Shown: positions 1 through 9,075, counted from the stretch's first letter. The stretch is 17,972 bases of DNA from Candidatus Peribacteria bacterium (GCA_041691135.1 JBEPVF010000020.1:1-17972); one strand, 5' to 3'. Notes: generated from the letters alone by a model not told the origin. Numbers and translations are program-made.

Positions 1-392
1 CCGCTGACTTCCAGGAACTGCTCCGCGACGTCGCCATGCACATCGCCGCCACCGACCCGCGCTACGTCCGCCGCGAAGATGTCACTGAAGAAGACATCGC
101 CCGCGAGAAGGACGTCTACCGCGCTCAGGCTGCTGCATCCGGCAAGCCCGCGAACATCGTCGAGAAGATGCTCGAAGGCAAGATGAGCAAGTTCTTCGAG
201 GAAGTCTGCCTGCTCGACCAGCCCTTCATCAAGGAGCAGACCCAGACCATCACTCAGATCATCGCCAGCAAGGTAGCCAAGCTCGGCGAAAACATCAGCG
301 TCCGCCGCTTCGCCCGCTTCAAGGTAGGCGATCCCAACTGGACCGTAGCCACCACCGCTCAGGCAGCCGCCGCCGAAGAAGCTGCCTCCTAA
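1..392 (+). CDS. tsf: Translation elongation factor Ts, 3' part (runs off the window start)
   Basis: Frame open from position 3 (ADFQELLRDVAMHIAATDPRY...GKPANIVEKMLEGKMSKFFEEVCLLDQPFIK...KLGENISVRRFARFKVG), typical EF-Ts C-terminal motifs; pyrH lies downstream. Confidence 0.96.
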   Translation, partial: ADFQELLRDVAMHIAATDPRYVRREDVTEEDIAREKDVYRAQAAASGKPANIVEKMLEGKMSKFFEEVCLLDQPFIKEQTQTITQIIASKVAKLGENISVRRFARFKVGDPNWTVATTAQAAAAEEAAS

Positions 393-414
393 GCAATCAG
401 CTCCAAATCAACGC

Positions 415-443
415 AAAAAGCCCGGACTCAGGTCCGGGCTTTT
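415..443 (+). terminator. Intrinsic terminator after tsf (possibly bidirectional)
   Basis: AAAAAGCCCGGAC-TCAG-GTCCGGGCTTTT hairpin 22 bp after the stop codon. Confidence 0.85.
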
Positions 444-519
444 CCATGTTGATTCCAACTCCAGCCGCCGCAGCATCCAAAGGCTCTAAAGTAACTTCAT
501 CCCGGCCACACTTGAAACT

Positions 520-566
520 ACGTCATCTCGACCGGAGCGAAGCGGAGTGGAGAGACCCCTGTATTT
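520..566 (+). repeat. REP-like family A copy 1 (short form)
   Basis: ACGTCATCTCGACC-GGA-GCGAAGC-GGA-GTGGAGAGACCCCTGTATTT; recurs six times in the window. Confidence 0.92.
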
Positions 567-599
567 CACTTTGTAAGGTTGCCGATCCGTAAATGGCCA

Positions 600-658
600 A
601 AATACAGGGGTCTCTCCGCTGCGGCGGCAAAAGCGCCGCCTCCGGTCGAGATGACGTG
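600..658 (-). repeat. REP-like family A copy 2 (long form), inverted relative to copy 1
   Basis: Reverse complement reads CACGTCATCTCGACC-GGA-GGCGGCGCTTTTGCCGCC-GCA-GCGGAGAGACCCCTGTATTT. Confidence 0.92.
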
Positions 659-724
659 CTTGGAGTTAGTCCAGAGGATGCGTAGTCTAGATGGCGTCTC
701 TTTGGAATTTTTGACAGGTTCAAA

Positions 725-795
725 ATACCCCAAGGCTTCAGCCTTGGGTGTCTCTGCGTACCCTAAAAGAAGGGCTTCAGCCTTCGGGGTATGTT
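725..795. repeat. Palindromic repeat family B copy 1
   Basis: CCCAAGGCT-TC-AGCCTTGGG palindrome (729-748), then GGGCTTCAGCCTTCGGGGTATG; ends ATACCCC/GGGGTAT are inverted; similar to 3578-3650. Confidence 0.8.
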
Positions 796-841
796 CCTTT
801 CCACCACCTTCAACATCTCATGGAGGACAGGAGAAACCACC

Positions 842-1471
842 ATGCACATCGCCCTCTACGGAGCCACTGGCCACGCTGGCAGCCGCATCCTCACCGAGCT
901 GCTCTCACGCGGCCACCAGGTCACGGCCATCACGCGCGACCCCGCCAAGCTCGCTCCTCAGCCTAACCTCACCATCAACCAGGGAGACGTAGACTCCGCA
1001 GCTGCCATCGCTGCAAACATCAAGGGAGCAGACGCCGTCGTCAGCGCCTACGCTCCACCTGCCGACAACACCGATCAGATCATACCCGTCACGCAAAATT
1101 TCATCGAAGCGGTCAAGCAAACTCACGTCCCCCGTTTCCTCTACGTCGGCGGAGCAGCAAGCCTCGAAGTGGCTCCCGGCGTGACCCTGCTCGACAGCGG
1201 CCATCTCCCCGCCGAGTGGCAGCCCATCGCCAAGTCCCACCGCGACGCCCTCGACCTCATCAAAAAGTCCGATATCAACTGGACCAGCTTCAGTCCGGCC
1301 GCCTTCTTCGAGCCCGGCCAGCGCACCGGCAAGTTCCATCTCGGCAACGACCAGCTCATCACAGACGCCGAGGGCAACAGCAAAATCTCGATGGAGGACT
1401 ACGCCATCGCCCTCGTCGACGAGCTCGAAAAGCCGCAGCACGAGCGCCAGCGTTTCACCATCGGCTATTAG
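842..1471 (+). CDS. NAD(P)-dependent oxidoreductase (NAD(P)H-binding Rossmann fold, YwnB/flavin-reductase-like)
   Basis: MHIALYGATGHAGSRI GxxGxxG motif, VGGAASL, SPAAFFEPG, ISMEDYAIALVDELE; ATG at 842 is preceded by AGGAG, so it is preferred over 791, which lies inside repeat B. Confidence 0.9.
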   Translation: MHIALYGATGHAGSRILTELLSRGHQVTAITRDPAKLAPQPNLTINQGDVDSAAAIAANIKGADAVVSAYAPPADNTDQIIPVTQNFIEAVKQTHVPRFLYVGGAASLEVAPGVTLLDSGHLPAEWQPIAKSHRDALDLIKKSDINWTSFSPAAFFEPGQRTGKFHLGNDQLITDAEGNSKISMEDYAIALVDELEKPQHERQRFTIGY

Positions 1472-1523
1472 CCACGAACGGGGCGATGCCTGAAGCCGCT
1501 GCCATGCGATACTTGATTTAGAT

Positions 1524-2228
1524 ATGTACAAGCGAGTCCTCCTCAAACTCTCCGGAGAAGCCCTTGCCGCGGGCAGCGGTTTCGGTATCGACGCCATCTT
1601 TATTCACAAAATAGCCGAAGAGATCGCAGACGCTCACGCGCTCGGCTGCCAGATCGGCATCGTCGTCGGGGGAGGTAACTTCTTCCGCGGCGTCGCCCAG
1701 CAGGCCATCGACATGGACCGCGTCGCCGCCGACCACATGGGCATGCTCTCGACGGTCATTAACTCCATCGCGCTGCAGGACGCCATCGAAAAGCGCGGCC
1801 TCACCTGCCGCGTCATGTCCGCCATCGAGATGCACCAGGTCGCCGAGCCCTACATCCGTCGCCGCGCTATGCGCCACCTCGAAAAAGGCCGCATCGTCAT
1901 CTTCGCCGCTGGCACCGGCAACCCCTTCTTTTCGACCGACACCGCCGCCAGCCTCCGCGCCATGGAGATCAAGGCCGACATCCTGCTCAAGGCGACCTCG
2001 GTCGACGGCATCTACACCGCCGACCCCAAGACCAACCCCGACGCCACCAAGTTCGACCAGATCACCTACAACGATATCCTCCGCCTCAACCTCCGCGTTA
2101 TGGACACCACCGCCGTATCTCTCTGCAAAGACAACAATATGCCCATGATGGTGTTCAGCATGAAGGAGCAGGGAAACATCGTCCGCGTGGTCGGCGGCGA
2201 AAAGCTCGGCTCACTCGTCACTGCCTGA
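1524..2228 (+). CDS. pyrH: UMP kinase
   Basis: [43 protein letters not shown] motifs; 234 aa. Confidence 0.98.
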   Translation: MYKRVLLKLSGEALAAGSGFGIDAIFIHKIAEEIADAHALGCQIGIVVGGGNFFRGVAQQAIDMDRVAADHMGMLSTVINSIALQDAIEKRGLTCRVMSAIEMHQVAEPYIRRRAMRHLEKGRIVIFAAGTGNPFFSTDTAASLRAMEIKADILLKATSVDGIYTADPKTNPDATKFDQITYNDILRLNLRVMDTTAVSLCKDNNMPMMVFSMKEQGNIVRVVGGEKLGSLVTA

Positions 2229-2355
2229 AACGCCGTTCCTGAAGCAACCCGGCATAGACCGCAGAAGCTGCGTCACTTTCCTGTCGTCTTGACCTCTGCC
2301 TGGTGCACCATCCAAGCATCTACGTTAAAGATCGTTACGACAGGAAACCCGTACT

Positions 2356-3504
2356 TTGCCAACCACCGCTACCGTCGCTGCTCCTGCCACCACCCGTAAG
2401 CCGCCTCTTCCAGCCTTGACCGGCATCCGCACCCTGCTTGCCCTCAGCATCGTTCTCTTCCACTTCACGCCTTCACATCTCGGCCCGCTCTACCCCTTCG
2501 TCGATAACGGCTACGTCTTCGTCGGAGTCTTCTTTCTTATCTCTGGATATATCCTCACTTACAACTATGCCGACCGCGGCTCCAGCTTCAATAAGCGCAA
2601 CTTCTGGGTCGCCCGCTTCGCCCGTCTCTATCCCATCTACCTGCTCGCCCTCATCGTCTCCATCAAGATGCTCGAAGACGAGTGGGCCGCCCGCAGCCAC
2701 GCCGAGTTCTGGAAGGGAATCATCCTTACTCCCTTTCTCCTGCAGGGCTGGAGTCCCAACCTCGCTACCTTCTGGAACACCGTCGCCTGGACGCTCTCGT
2801 GCGAGGTCATGCTCTACGCTGCCTTCCCCTGGCTGATCCGCATCCCCTGGCCCAAGACCGCAGGCCGCCTCATCGCCTTGCTGATGGCGATCTGGGCCAT
2901 CGGAATGGTGCCGCACAGCCTCTATATACTGCTCAACCCCGACCACCTCAGCGGCCCCGTAACCCGTTACACCTCTACCTATCTCGTCCGGTTCCTCAAG
3001 TACACTCCGCTGCCCTACATTTGCACGTTTCTGGTGGGCGTCGTTCTGGGCAAGCTCCAGCATGTGCTCTCCATTACAGAGCGCCAGCGCTATGCTGTCG
3101 CCGCCGCCAGCGTGGGAGCCCTACTGGTGGTCTTCTACGGCCTAGTCGAGCACCTGCCGTATCTCCTGATGCACGGCGGCCTGCTGATCCCGCTCTTCGC
3201 TGCCCTTGTGCTTGGCCTCAGCGGAGTCAACCCGGTGGCGGCTGTCTTCGCCTGCCGCCCGTTGCTGATCGTCGGCGAGAGCAGCTACTGCCTCTATCTG
3301 CTGCACTTCAACGTGCTGATCCTGGTGCGTAAGTACCACCTGTCGCAGCACTTGCACGTGGCTGCGCTGGACCCATGGTTCTCCTACGCGTTCGTGATTC
3401 TCTTTTCGCTTGCCGCCTACCGCTTCGTCGAAAATCCCTCCCGCCGCATCATCCTGAACCGCTTGTCCACCCGCCCCCGCGTTGCCCAAACCACCTCGTC
3501 CTAA
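2356..3504 (+). CDS. Acyltransferase family 3 (OafA/YrhL-like) integral membrane protein
   Basis: LTGIRTLLAL..VLFH, VFFLISGYIL, RFARLYP, WTLSCEVMLY, GESSYCLYLLH, YRFVENP; TTG start, exact start uncertain. Confidence 0.9.
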   Translation: MPTTATVAAPATTRKPPLPALTGIRTLLALSIVLFHFTPSHLGPLYPFVDNGYVFVGVFFLISGYILTYNYADRGSSFNKRNFWVARFARLYPIYLLALIVSIKMLEDEWAARSHAEFWKGIILTPFLLQGWSPNLATFWNTVAWTLSCEVMLYAAFPWLIRIPWPKTAGRLIALLMAIWAIGMVPHSLYILLNPDHLSGPVTRYTSTYLVRFLKYTPLPYICTFLVGVVLGKLQHVLSITERQRYAVAAASVGALLVVFYGLVEHLPYLLMHGGLLIPLFAALVLGLSGVNPVAAVFACRPLLIVGESSYCLYLLHFNVLILVRKYHLSQHLHVAALDPWFSYAFVILFSLAAYRFVENPSRRIILNRLSTRPRVAQTTSS

Positions 3505-3577
3505 GCACGCTGCTGCCATCTTTGTTGCGACAGCTGTTGCACCTGCGAATTGCGGTTGTATTTGCTGTTGCTTCTGG

Positions 3578-3650
3578 GTACACCAAGGCTTCAGCCTTGG
3601 TCCTCTCTGACATGCAAAGAGACCGGGCTTTAACCTGGGGGATGTCTTCC
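3578..3650. repeat. Palindromic repeat family B copy 2
   Basis: GTACACCAAGGCTTCAGCCTTGGTCCTCTCT...AAAGAGACCGGGCTTTAACCTGGGGGATGT; identical 18-bp core to 730-747 and the same 42-bp offset to the second GGGCTT motif. Confidence 0.8.
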
Positions 3651-3857
3651 CCTTCCAGCCACAAACTTCCGTTCTGGAAAGAGTTCTTCGAGTCGCAGTC
3701 GAGCAACTTACATTGGATCAGCGACATACGGTTGTATATCCGCTTCCCGCTTTCGGCTCCTGCTAGTAGCAGCGACAAACAAGGCCCGGCCATAGCGCCA
3801 TGCCTGCGCATTGCACAGGCTGCTTTCTTCAAGACAAGGGGTGCGCAACCGAGCAAC

Positions 3858-3886
3858 AGAAAAGCCCCGCATTCGCGGGGCTTTCT
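3858..3886 (-). terminator. Intrinsic terminator of the beta-propeller gene (possibly bidirectional)
   Basis: AGAAAAGCCCCGC-ATTC-GCGGGGCTTTCT, about 20 bp beyond the minus-strand stop at 3907. Confidence 0.85.
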
Positions 3887-3906
3887 GTATGGCAACTGCG
3901 TTCCCG

Positions 3907-5175
3907 TTAGGGGTTGATGATCTGGTTGGGATGACCGTACGAACCATTCGCCACCGCCACTGCGCAGGTCGGAAGACCGGAGGTGGGGAAGGGCGTGTTC
4001 TGCACTGCGGTCAGGCCGCCATTGTGGGAGTTAAGAGCTTCGCCGCTGACCGTTCCGTCCAGGTAGTTCGAAACGTACAGGTACTTGCCCAGAGCCGGCT
4101 CGATAGCGATGCAGGTAGGGGTTGTTCCCACTGCCGTCGTGGCCGAGCCTACTGAACTCACCGGTGCTCCGGTTGCGATGTCGATCGCATAGGCGCCTAC
4201 GGTGTTGTCGTTGTAGTTGGCGACGTACAGGTACTTGCCGCGCGGATCGATGGTCACGCTGACCGGGAAGGTTCCGGTTGCGAAGGGTCCATTGGTCATC
4301 GTGGCAAGCTGTCCGGTGGTACCGGTCAGGTAGCCGTAAAGCTGGTTGGTGGCCTTGTCGGTGACGTAGACGAACCGCGCCGAGGGATCCTCAGCAATCG
4401 CGCTGGGAGTGGTGCCGGCGGGGTAGCCATTGAGGACAGGAACACCGTTCAGGACGACGGTACCGTCCGTGGTCGGGGTCAGAGCGCCGCCCGAGGTGTT
4501 CTCAGCGTAGCCGAGAATGACGCCCAGCGGGCTGGCAGTCGTTGCATTCTCCTGGTCCAGCACGTAGACGTAGCTGTTGACCTTGCTGGTCACGATGCCG
4601 ACCGGAAGGTTGCCGACGTTCTGGGTCAACACGTTGGTCATATCCAGGCTGCCATCCGATTTGATGGGGAAGATGGTGACGCTACCCGGTCCGGGAGACC
4701 CAGCCGTATAGAGCTGCGTGTTGTTCGGCCCGTTCTGATAGGTGTTGGTGACGTAGAGGTACTTGCCGCCAGCATCGATGGCCGCTGCTGTGGGCAGGCT
4801 GCCGGTCGTGTTGTAGGTGTTCTTCAGATACAGCTTGCCGTCGGTCCCGATGGAGAACTCCATCACGGTGGAGTCGTCATGGTTGACCACGTAGACGAAC
4901 TGGCCGTTCGCGCTGGCCGGGCCGACGACCAGAGTTACCGGCTTCTTGCCTGCCTCGATCGGGGAATCTGCCAGTGGGGTGAGAGCGCCGGATTGATAGT
5001 CGACGGCAAACGCGCTGACGCCGCCATTAGTCGAAGAGGCGGCTGAAAGAGGGGCTGAAGTGGTTACATAGACGTACGCCAACGTGTAGTCGCGGCTGCA
5101 AGCCGTTACGCCAAGACCAATTGCAAGAGACAAAATCGAGGCCAGTGCACCACGGCCTATGTTATTCAACTTCAT
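3907..5175 (-). CDS. Lactonase-family (Pgl-like) beta-propeller lipoprotein
   Basis: MKLNNIGRGALASILSLAIGLGVTAC signal with lipobox; repeated blades (IDAGGKYLYVTN, EDPSARFVYVTD, IDPRGKYLYVAN, IEPALGKYLYVSN); start 5175 chosen from the signal peptide and upstream GGAG. Confidence 0.8.
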   Translation of the reverse strand: MKLNNIGRGALASILSLAIGLGVTACSRDYTLAYVYVTTSAPLSAASSTNGGVSAFAVDYQSGALTPLADSPIEAGKKPVTLVVGPASANGQFVYVVNHDDSTVMEFSIGTDGKLYLKNTYNTTGSLPTAAAIDAGGKYLYVTNTYQNGPNNTQLYTAGSPGPGSVTIFPIKSDGSLDMTNVLTQNVGNLPVGIVTSKVNSYVYVLDQENATTASPLGVILGYAENTSGGALTPTTDGTVVLNGVPVLNGYPAGTTPSAIAEDPSARFVYVTDKATNQLYGYLTGTTGQLATMTNGPFATGTFPVSVTIDPRGKYLYVANYNDNTVGAYAIDIATGAPVSSVGSATTAVGTTPTCIAIEPALGKYLYVSNYLDGTVSGEALNSHNGGLTAVQNTPFPTSGLPTCAVAVANGSYGHPNQIINP

Positions 5176-5285
5176 GCTTACCTGGCTCCGGGGCAAATCG
5201 TTTCCGCCCGTTTCTGCTGTTTCAAAAAACAATTCAGGGTTCGTGCAGACACCCTGACCTGTGGCTTTAGCTGAAATGCTGCCAG

Positions 5286-6566
5286 CTAGTTAACATTGCC
5301 GCTGACTGCGAGGCAGGTCGACAACCCTGTCGCAGTGAACTTCGAGCCTCTCTTCAGCTTCGAGAGTTCGCCGGTGCTCTTATCGAGGTTGAAGCCGGTG
5401 ACGGTGCCGTCCACGTTGTTCGAGGTGAACAGGTACTGGTTCGAAGGATCTTCGACCATGCACACCGGGCCTGCGCCAACCTGGTAGGGATTGTTGCCCG
5501 TATCAGGAATCTGCTGCAGCTTGCCCTGCGTGTCGATGGTGTAAGCCGAGATCGAGCTGTAAGCCGGAGCGTTCGAGTTGCTGGACGACTGATTGGCAAC
5601 GTAGAGATACCGGTTGCTGCTGTCGACCATGGTATACACGGGGTTCGAGGTCTGGGAGAGGTTTGCTACCTTGCCGCCAGTTACCGTGTTCAACGCGCAA
5701 CCCGTTCCAACCGTATAAGGCAGAATGTAACCGCCGGGGCTGTCAGAGGTAGCAGCAGCATCCGTGAGGTAGACATACTGCGAGCCCGCATTGATCGAGG
5801 TCAGCCTGCCTGCGTTGGTTGCAATGGTGGTGTTGGAGGGCAGCGTCAACTGGCCTGCCGCGCCGATGCTGTACGGGAAGACCGTCTGGTCGCCCGAGTC
5901 CACCGTGAACAGGCAGCCGCTGCCGGCAACCTTCATCATGATCGGAGTATTGCCGACCGGGAAGTAGGTGAGCTGGGTGCCGTCCGCGTTCTTGATCTGC
6001 TTGTTCGGCACCAGCGTCAGACGCCCGGTGTCGTTGGCCACCGCGAATACGGTGATGTCGCCGAAGCATCCCGCGGCCGGAGCGCCGACGGTGCAATCCG
6101 CAGTCGGTGCGACCTGGTCGAGGACATAAAGGTAGGATCCGGTGCTGTCCATCTGTGCCCAGACAGGTGTCGTACCCTGGCTGGCGAAGCACTGCTGGAA
6201 GGTCAGAACACCGTCGCCGCCAACGCTGAACTCGGCGATGCCGCTGCCGTTGGTGCCGCACTGCTGCGTTCCCGAGTTATTGCCCGAGGTCGGGGTAACG
6301 CCCTCGTTCACCACGTAGAGATATCGTCCACCGGGCCGGACGACAAGCGAGACAGGATTCGACCCGCCGGAGGTGAACGGCGCATGCGGAACATCTGTCA
6401 GATTACCCGTGTAGTCGTCGATCTTGAAACCGGCGATCTGGTTATACTGCGTGCCAAGAACCCACATGAAACCGACGGTGCCACCACCGCACGCCGTCAT
6501 GCCCAGACCCATCGCTACGGACACTACCAAGGCCATTGAAATCCGGCCAATCCTGCTCAACTTCAT
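5286..6566 (-). CDS. Lactonase-family beta-propeller lipoprotein (paralog)
   Basis: MKLSRIGRISMALVVSVAMGLGMTAC lipobox; blades VRPGGRYLYVVN, MDSTGSYLYVLD, VDSSNRYLYVAN, EDPSNQYLFTSN; AAGGAAG upstream of ATG at 6566. Confidence 0.8.
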   Translation of the reverse strand: MKLSRIGRISMALVVSVAMGLGMTACGGGTVGFMWVLGTQYNQIAGFKIDDYTGNLTDVPHAPFTSGGSNPVSLVVRPGGRYLYVVNEGVTPTSGNNSGTQQCGTNGSGIAEFSVGGDGVLTFQQCFASQGTTPVWAQMDSTGSYLYVLDQVAPTADCTVGAPAAGCFGDITVFAVANDTGRLTLVPNKQIKNADGTQLTYFPVGNTPIMMKVAGSGCLFTVDSGDQTVFPYSIGAAGQLTLPSNTTIATNAGRLTSINAGSQYVYLTDAAATSDSPGGYILPYTVGTGCALNTVTGGKVANLSQTSNPVYTMVDSSNRYLYVANQSSSNSNAPAYSSISAYTIDTQGKLQQIPDTGNNPYQVGAGPVCMVEDPSNQYLFTSNNVDGTVTGFNLDKSTGELSKLKRGSKFTATGLSTCLAVSGNVN

Positions 6567-6752
6567 GCGCTTCCTTAACCTCGCCAGTGATCTTGTTCGA
6601 TCACCTTCTGCCGCGAGCAACTCTGTAGGGATACGATTCCTTCGCCAATTGTAGAAGCTGTCGCGACTTTATGCCACTTCCCGGAAGGTATTCCTTGCCG
6701 AAGTTTCTGGCAGCCAGCCCGCGGTTAGACCGCCAGGCCCGTTTTGCGGCGC

Positions 6753-6780
6753 AAAAAGGCCCGGACCGAAGTCCGGGCCT
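6753..6780 (-). terminator. Intrinsic terminator of the M13 peptidase gene
   Basis: Minus strand AGGCCCGGAC-TTCG-GTCCGGGCC-TTTTT (UUCG tetraloop plus U tract), about 20 bp after the stop. Confidence 0.9.
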
Positions 6781-6799
6781 GGGTCAGCGCGGAGGGGAT

Positions 6800-8872
6800 T
6801 TACCAGACGCTGCAGCTCTTCTCCGGCATCATCGGCTGGCCGACCTTGCAGCCAAAGGCTTTGCCGAACTCGTCGAAGTTCTGCACGCTTCCGTTGACGC
6901 GCCACTGGCCGCTGGAGTGCGGATCGGTCTTGGCGCGCAGCCGGGCGGTCTGTTCGCGGGTGTTCTCGCACCATATCTGCCCCCACGAGATGAAGTAGCG
7001 CTGCTCTGGAGTGTAGCCGTCGATCTTGTCGGTGGTCGACTTATTCTCCTCGGCCAGCGTGCTCATCAGCGCAGCGTACGCAATGCGCAGACCGCCGTTG
7101 TCCGCGGTGTTCTCGCCCAGCGTCAGACGTCCGTTCAGCTTCTGGCCGGGAGCGACCTCGAAGTTGTCATACTCCTTGGCCTCGCAATCGGTGCGCTCGT
7201 CGAACTTCTTCTTGTCCTCGGGCGTCCACCAGCTGCGCACGTTGCCTTGTGCGTCGTACTGGCTGCCCTGGTCGTCGAAGCCATGCGTCATCTCGTGGCC
7301 GATCACGATGCCGATGCCGCCGAAGTTGACCGCGGGATCAGCCTTGAAATCATAGAACGGCGGCTGCAGGATTCCGGCAGGGAAGTTGATGTCGTTCATC
7401 GCCGGGTTGTAGTAGGCGTTCACCGTCGGCGGCGTCATGCCCCACTCCTTCTCGTCGACGGGCTTTCCGATCTTGTTCAGATCGTGCCGGTCGGCAAAGG
7501 CGCTGGCCCTCTCGACGTTGCCGACAGGGTCGTCCCGCTTGACCACCAGGGGCGAGTAGTCGCGCCACTTGTTGGGATAGCCGATCTTGTCGCGGAAGGC
7601 CTCCAGCTTCTTCTGCGCCTGGGCCTTGGTAGCGTCGCTCATCCAGTCGAGGTGCTGGATATCCTGCCCGAGGGAGACTTCGAGCGCATGGACGAGCTTC
7701 TCCATGTTGTCCTTGGCAGCGGGAGGGAAGTTTCTGGCGACCCAGTCCTGCCCGACGGCCTCGCCCATGGCGCGGTCGGTGGCAGCGGTGCAGCGCTTCC
7801 ATCGCGGCGTGATCTCTTTCTGTCCGGTCAGCGTTGCTCCATAGAAGTTGAAGTTTTCCTCGATAAAGGGCTCGCTGAGATTTGGTGCGAAGCGATGGAC
7901 CGTGTGCCAGCGCATGTAGCTCTTCAGCGCGTCGACGCTGGTGGTATCGATCTGCTGCTGCATCGCCTTGAAGAAGCCGGGCGAGACGATGTTGGCGGTC
8001 TCAAGGCTGCCCTCTTTCTTGGCGTCGAGGTAGACCTTCCAGTTGAAGTCCGGAGTCATGGTCTGCAACTGGGCAATCGTCATGACGTGATAGACCTTCG
8101 CGGGATTGCGGCGCTCAACGCGCGCCATCGAGCCCTGCGCCAGCGCCGTCTCCACGGTCATCACGTTCTGCGCTTCGGCTGCGGCCTGCGCGGGAGTGTC
8201 GCCAAGCAGAACGAACATCTTCGTCACATGCGCGACATACTGTTCGCGGAGCGTCTTGGAGCGCTCATCCTGATTGAGGTAGTAGTCGCGGTCGGGCAGG
8301 CCAAGGCCCCCCTGGTCCAGCGCGCCGATCTGCCGGGTCGAATCCTTCTGGTCCTGCTCGGAGCCGAAGTCGAAGAAGAAGCCGACTGCGTATTTGTTCT
8401 CCATCGTTCCCAGCAGCGTGGCCAGTGTCTTCCTGTCGTTCCAGGCGGCGATGGTCTTGAGCGCCGGTTCAATCGGCTTCGCCCCAAGCTGATTGGCCAG
8501 ATCGACATTCATGCAGGCAGCAAAATAATCGCCGTACTTCTTTTGCAGCGGGGTCTTCGGAGCATCGGCTGCCGCCTTCAAATCCTGATAGAGAAGATAG
8601 TTGTTGCGCTCCGCCAGCTCATTGAAACGACCCCACCGGTTCTGGTCGGCCGGAATGGGATTCTCTTTCTTCCAGTTGCCGCAGGCATATTGATAGAAGT
8701 CCGTGCAGGGATCGGCGGTTTTGTCGATTCCCGAAAGATCGAAGCTGATGGGCTTCTTCGGTTCGGACGTGGGCGCCAGCCCGGTGTCTGCTTTATTTGC
8801 CGGGGTTGAGGATTGGCCCAGACATAGGCCACTGCTTAGCACCAGGAATACAGCGAAAGATTTGAAGGTCAT
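6800..8872 (-). CDS. M13 family zinc metalloendopeptidase (neprilysin/PepO-like), secreted
   Basis: PCTDFYQYACGNW, VNAYY, HEMTH zinc motif, GENTADNGG, DPHS; N-terminal hydrophobic signal peptide. Confidence 0.96.
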   Translation of the reverse strand: MTFKSFAVFLVLSSGLCLGQSSTPANKADTGLAPTSEPKKPISFDLSGIDKTADPCTDFYQYACGNWKKENPIPADQNRWGRFNELAERNNYLLYQDLKAAADAPKTPLQKKYGDYFAACMNVDLANQLGAKPIEPALKTIAAWNDRKTLATLLGTMENKYAVGFFFDFGSEQDQKDSTRQIGALDQGGLGLPDRDYYLNQDERSKTLREQYVAHVTKMFVLLGDTPAQAAAEAQNVMTVETALAQGSMARVERRNPAKVYHVMTIAQLQTMTPDFNWKVYLDAKKEGSLETANIVSPGFFKAMQQQIDTTSVDALKSYMRWHTVHRFAPNLSEPFIEENFNFYGATLTGQKEITPRWKRCTAATDRAMGEAVGQDWVARNFPPAAKDNMEKLVHALEVSLGQDIQHLDWMSDATKAQAQKKLEAFRDKIGYPNKWRDYSPLVVKRDDPVGNVERASAFADRHDLNKIGKPVDEKEWGMTPPTVNAYYNPAMNDINFPAGILQPPFYDFKADPAVNFGGIGIVIGHEMTHGFDDQGSQYDAQGNVRSWWTPEDKKKFDERTDCEAKEYDNFEVAPGQKLNGRLTLGENTADNGGLRIAYAALMSTLAEENKSTTDKIDGYTPEQRYFISWGQIWCENTREQTARLRAKTDPHSSGQWRVNGSVQNFDEFGKAFGCKVGQPMMPEKSCSVW

Positions 8873-8952
8873 GGGTCTCCCTGAAAAGCCGAAAACGCAA
8901 TTTTAGAGCATTTTCACCGATAGCATGGACATTTAGGAGTTCAACGAAAAAC

Positions 8953-9000
8953 AAATACAGGGGTCTCTCCACTGCGCTGCGCTCCGGTCGAGATGACGTG
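8953..9000 (-). repeat. REP-like family A copy 3 (short form)
   Basis: Reverse complement CACGTCATCTCGACC-GGA-GCGCAGC-GCA-GTGGAGAGACCCCTGTATTT. Confidence 0.92.
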
Positions 9001-9075
9001 AGTTTAGGGTGTGTTGAGTAGAACAGGCGGCAGCATGATGTCGGCCAAACGGCTCTTAGAGAATTCCCAATATTG

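Noticed and set aside
523-992. ORFs 523-723, 579-992 and 748-966
   Set aside because: They translate through repeat elements or overlap the oxidoreductase out of frame, with no RBS or motif support.
3375-3947. ORFs across the acyltransferase/propeller intergenic region
   Set aside because: They span repeat B and a terminator, overlap real genes and have atypical composition.
415-6780. Identical GCCCGGAC/GTCCGGGC stem in the terminators at 420-439 and 6759-6778
   Set aside because: Only an 8-bp stem in two copies with different loops; adequately explained as ordinary terminators.
6671-8809. 712-aa plus-strand ORF
   Set aside because: Antisense shadow of the M13 peptidase; stop-free antisense frames are common in GC-rich genes and no motifs were recognised.
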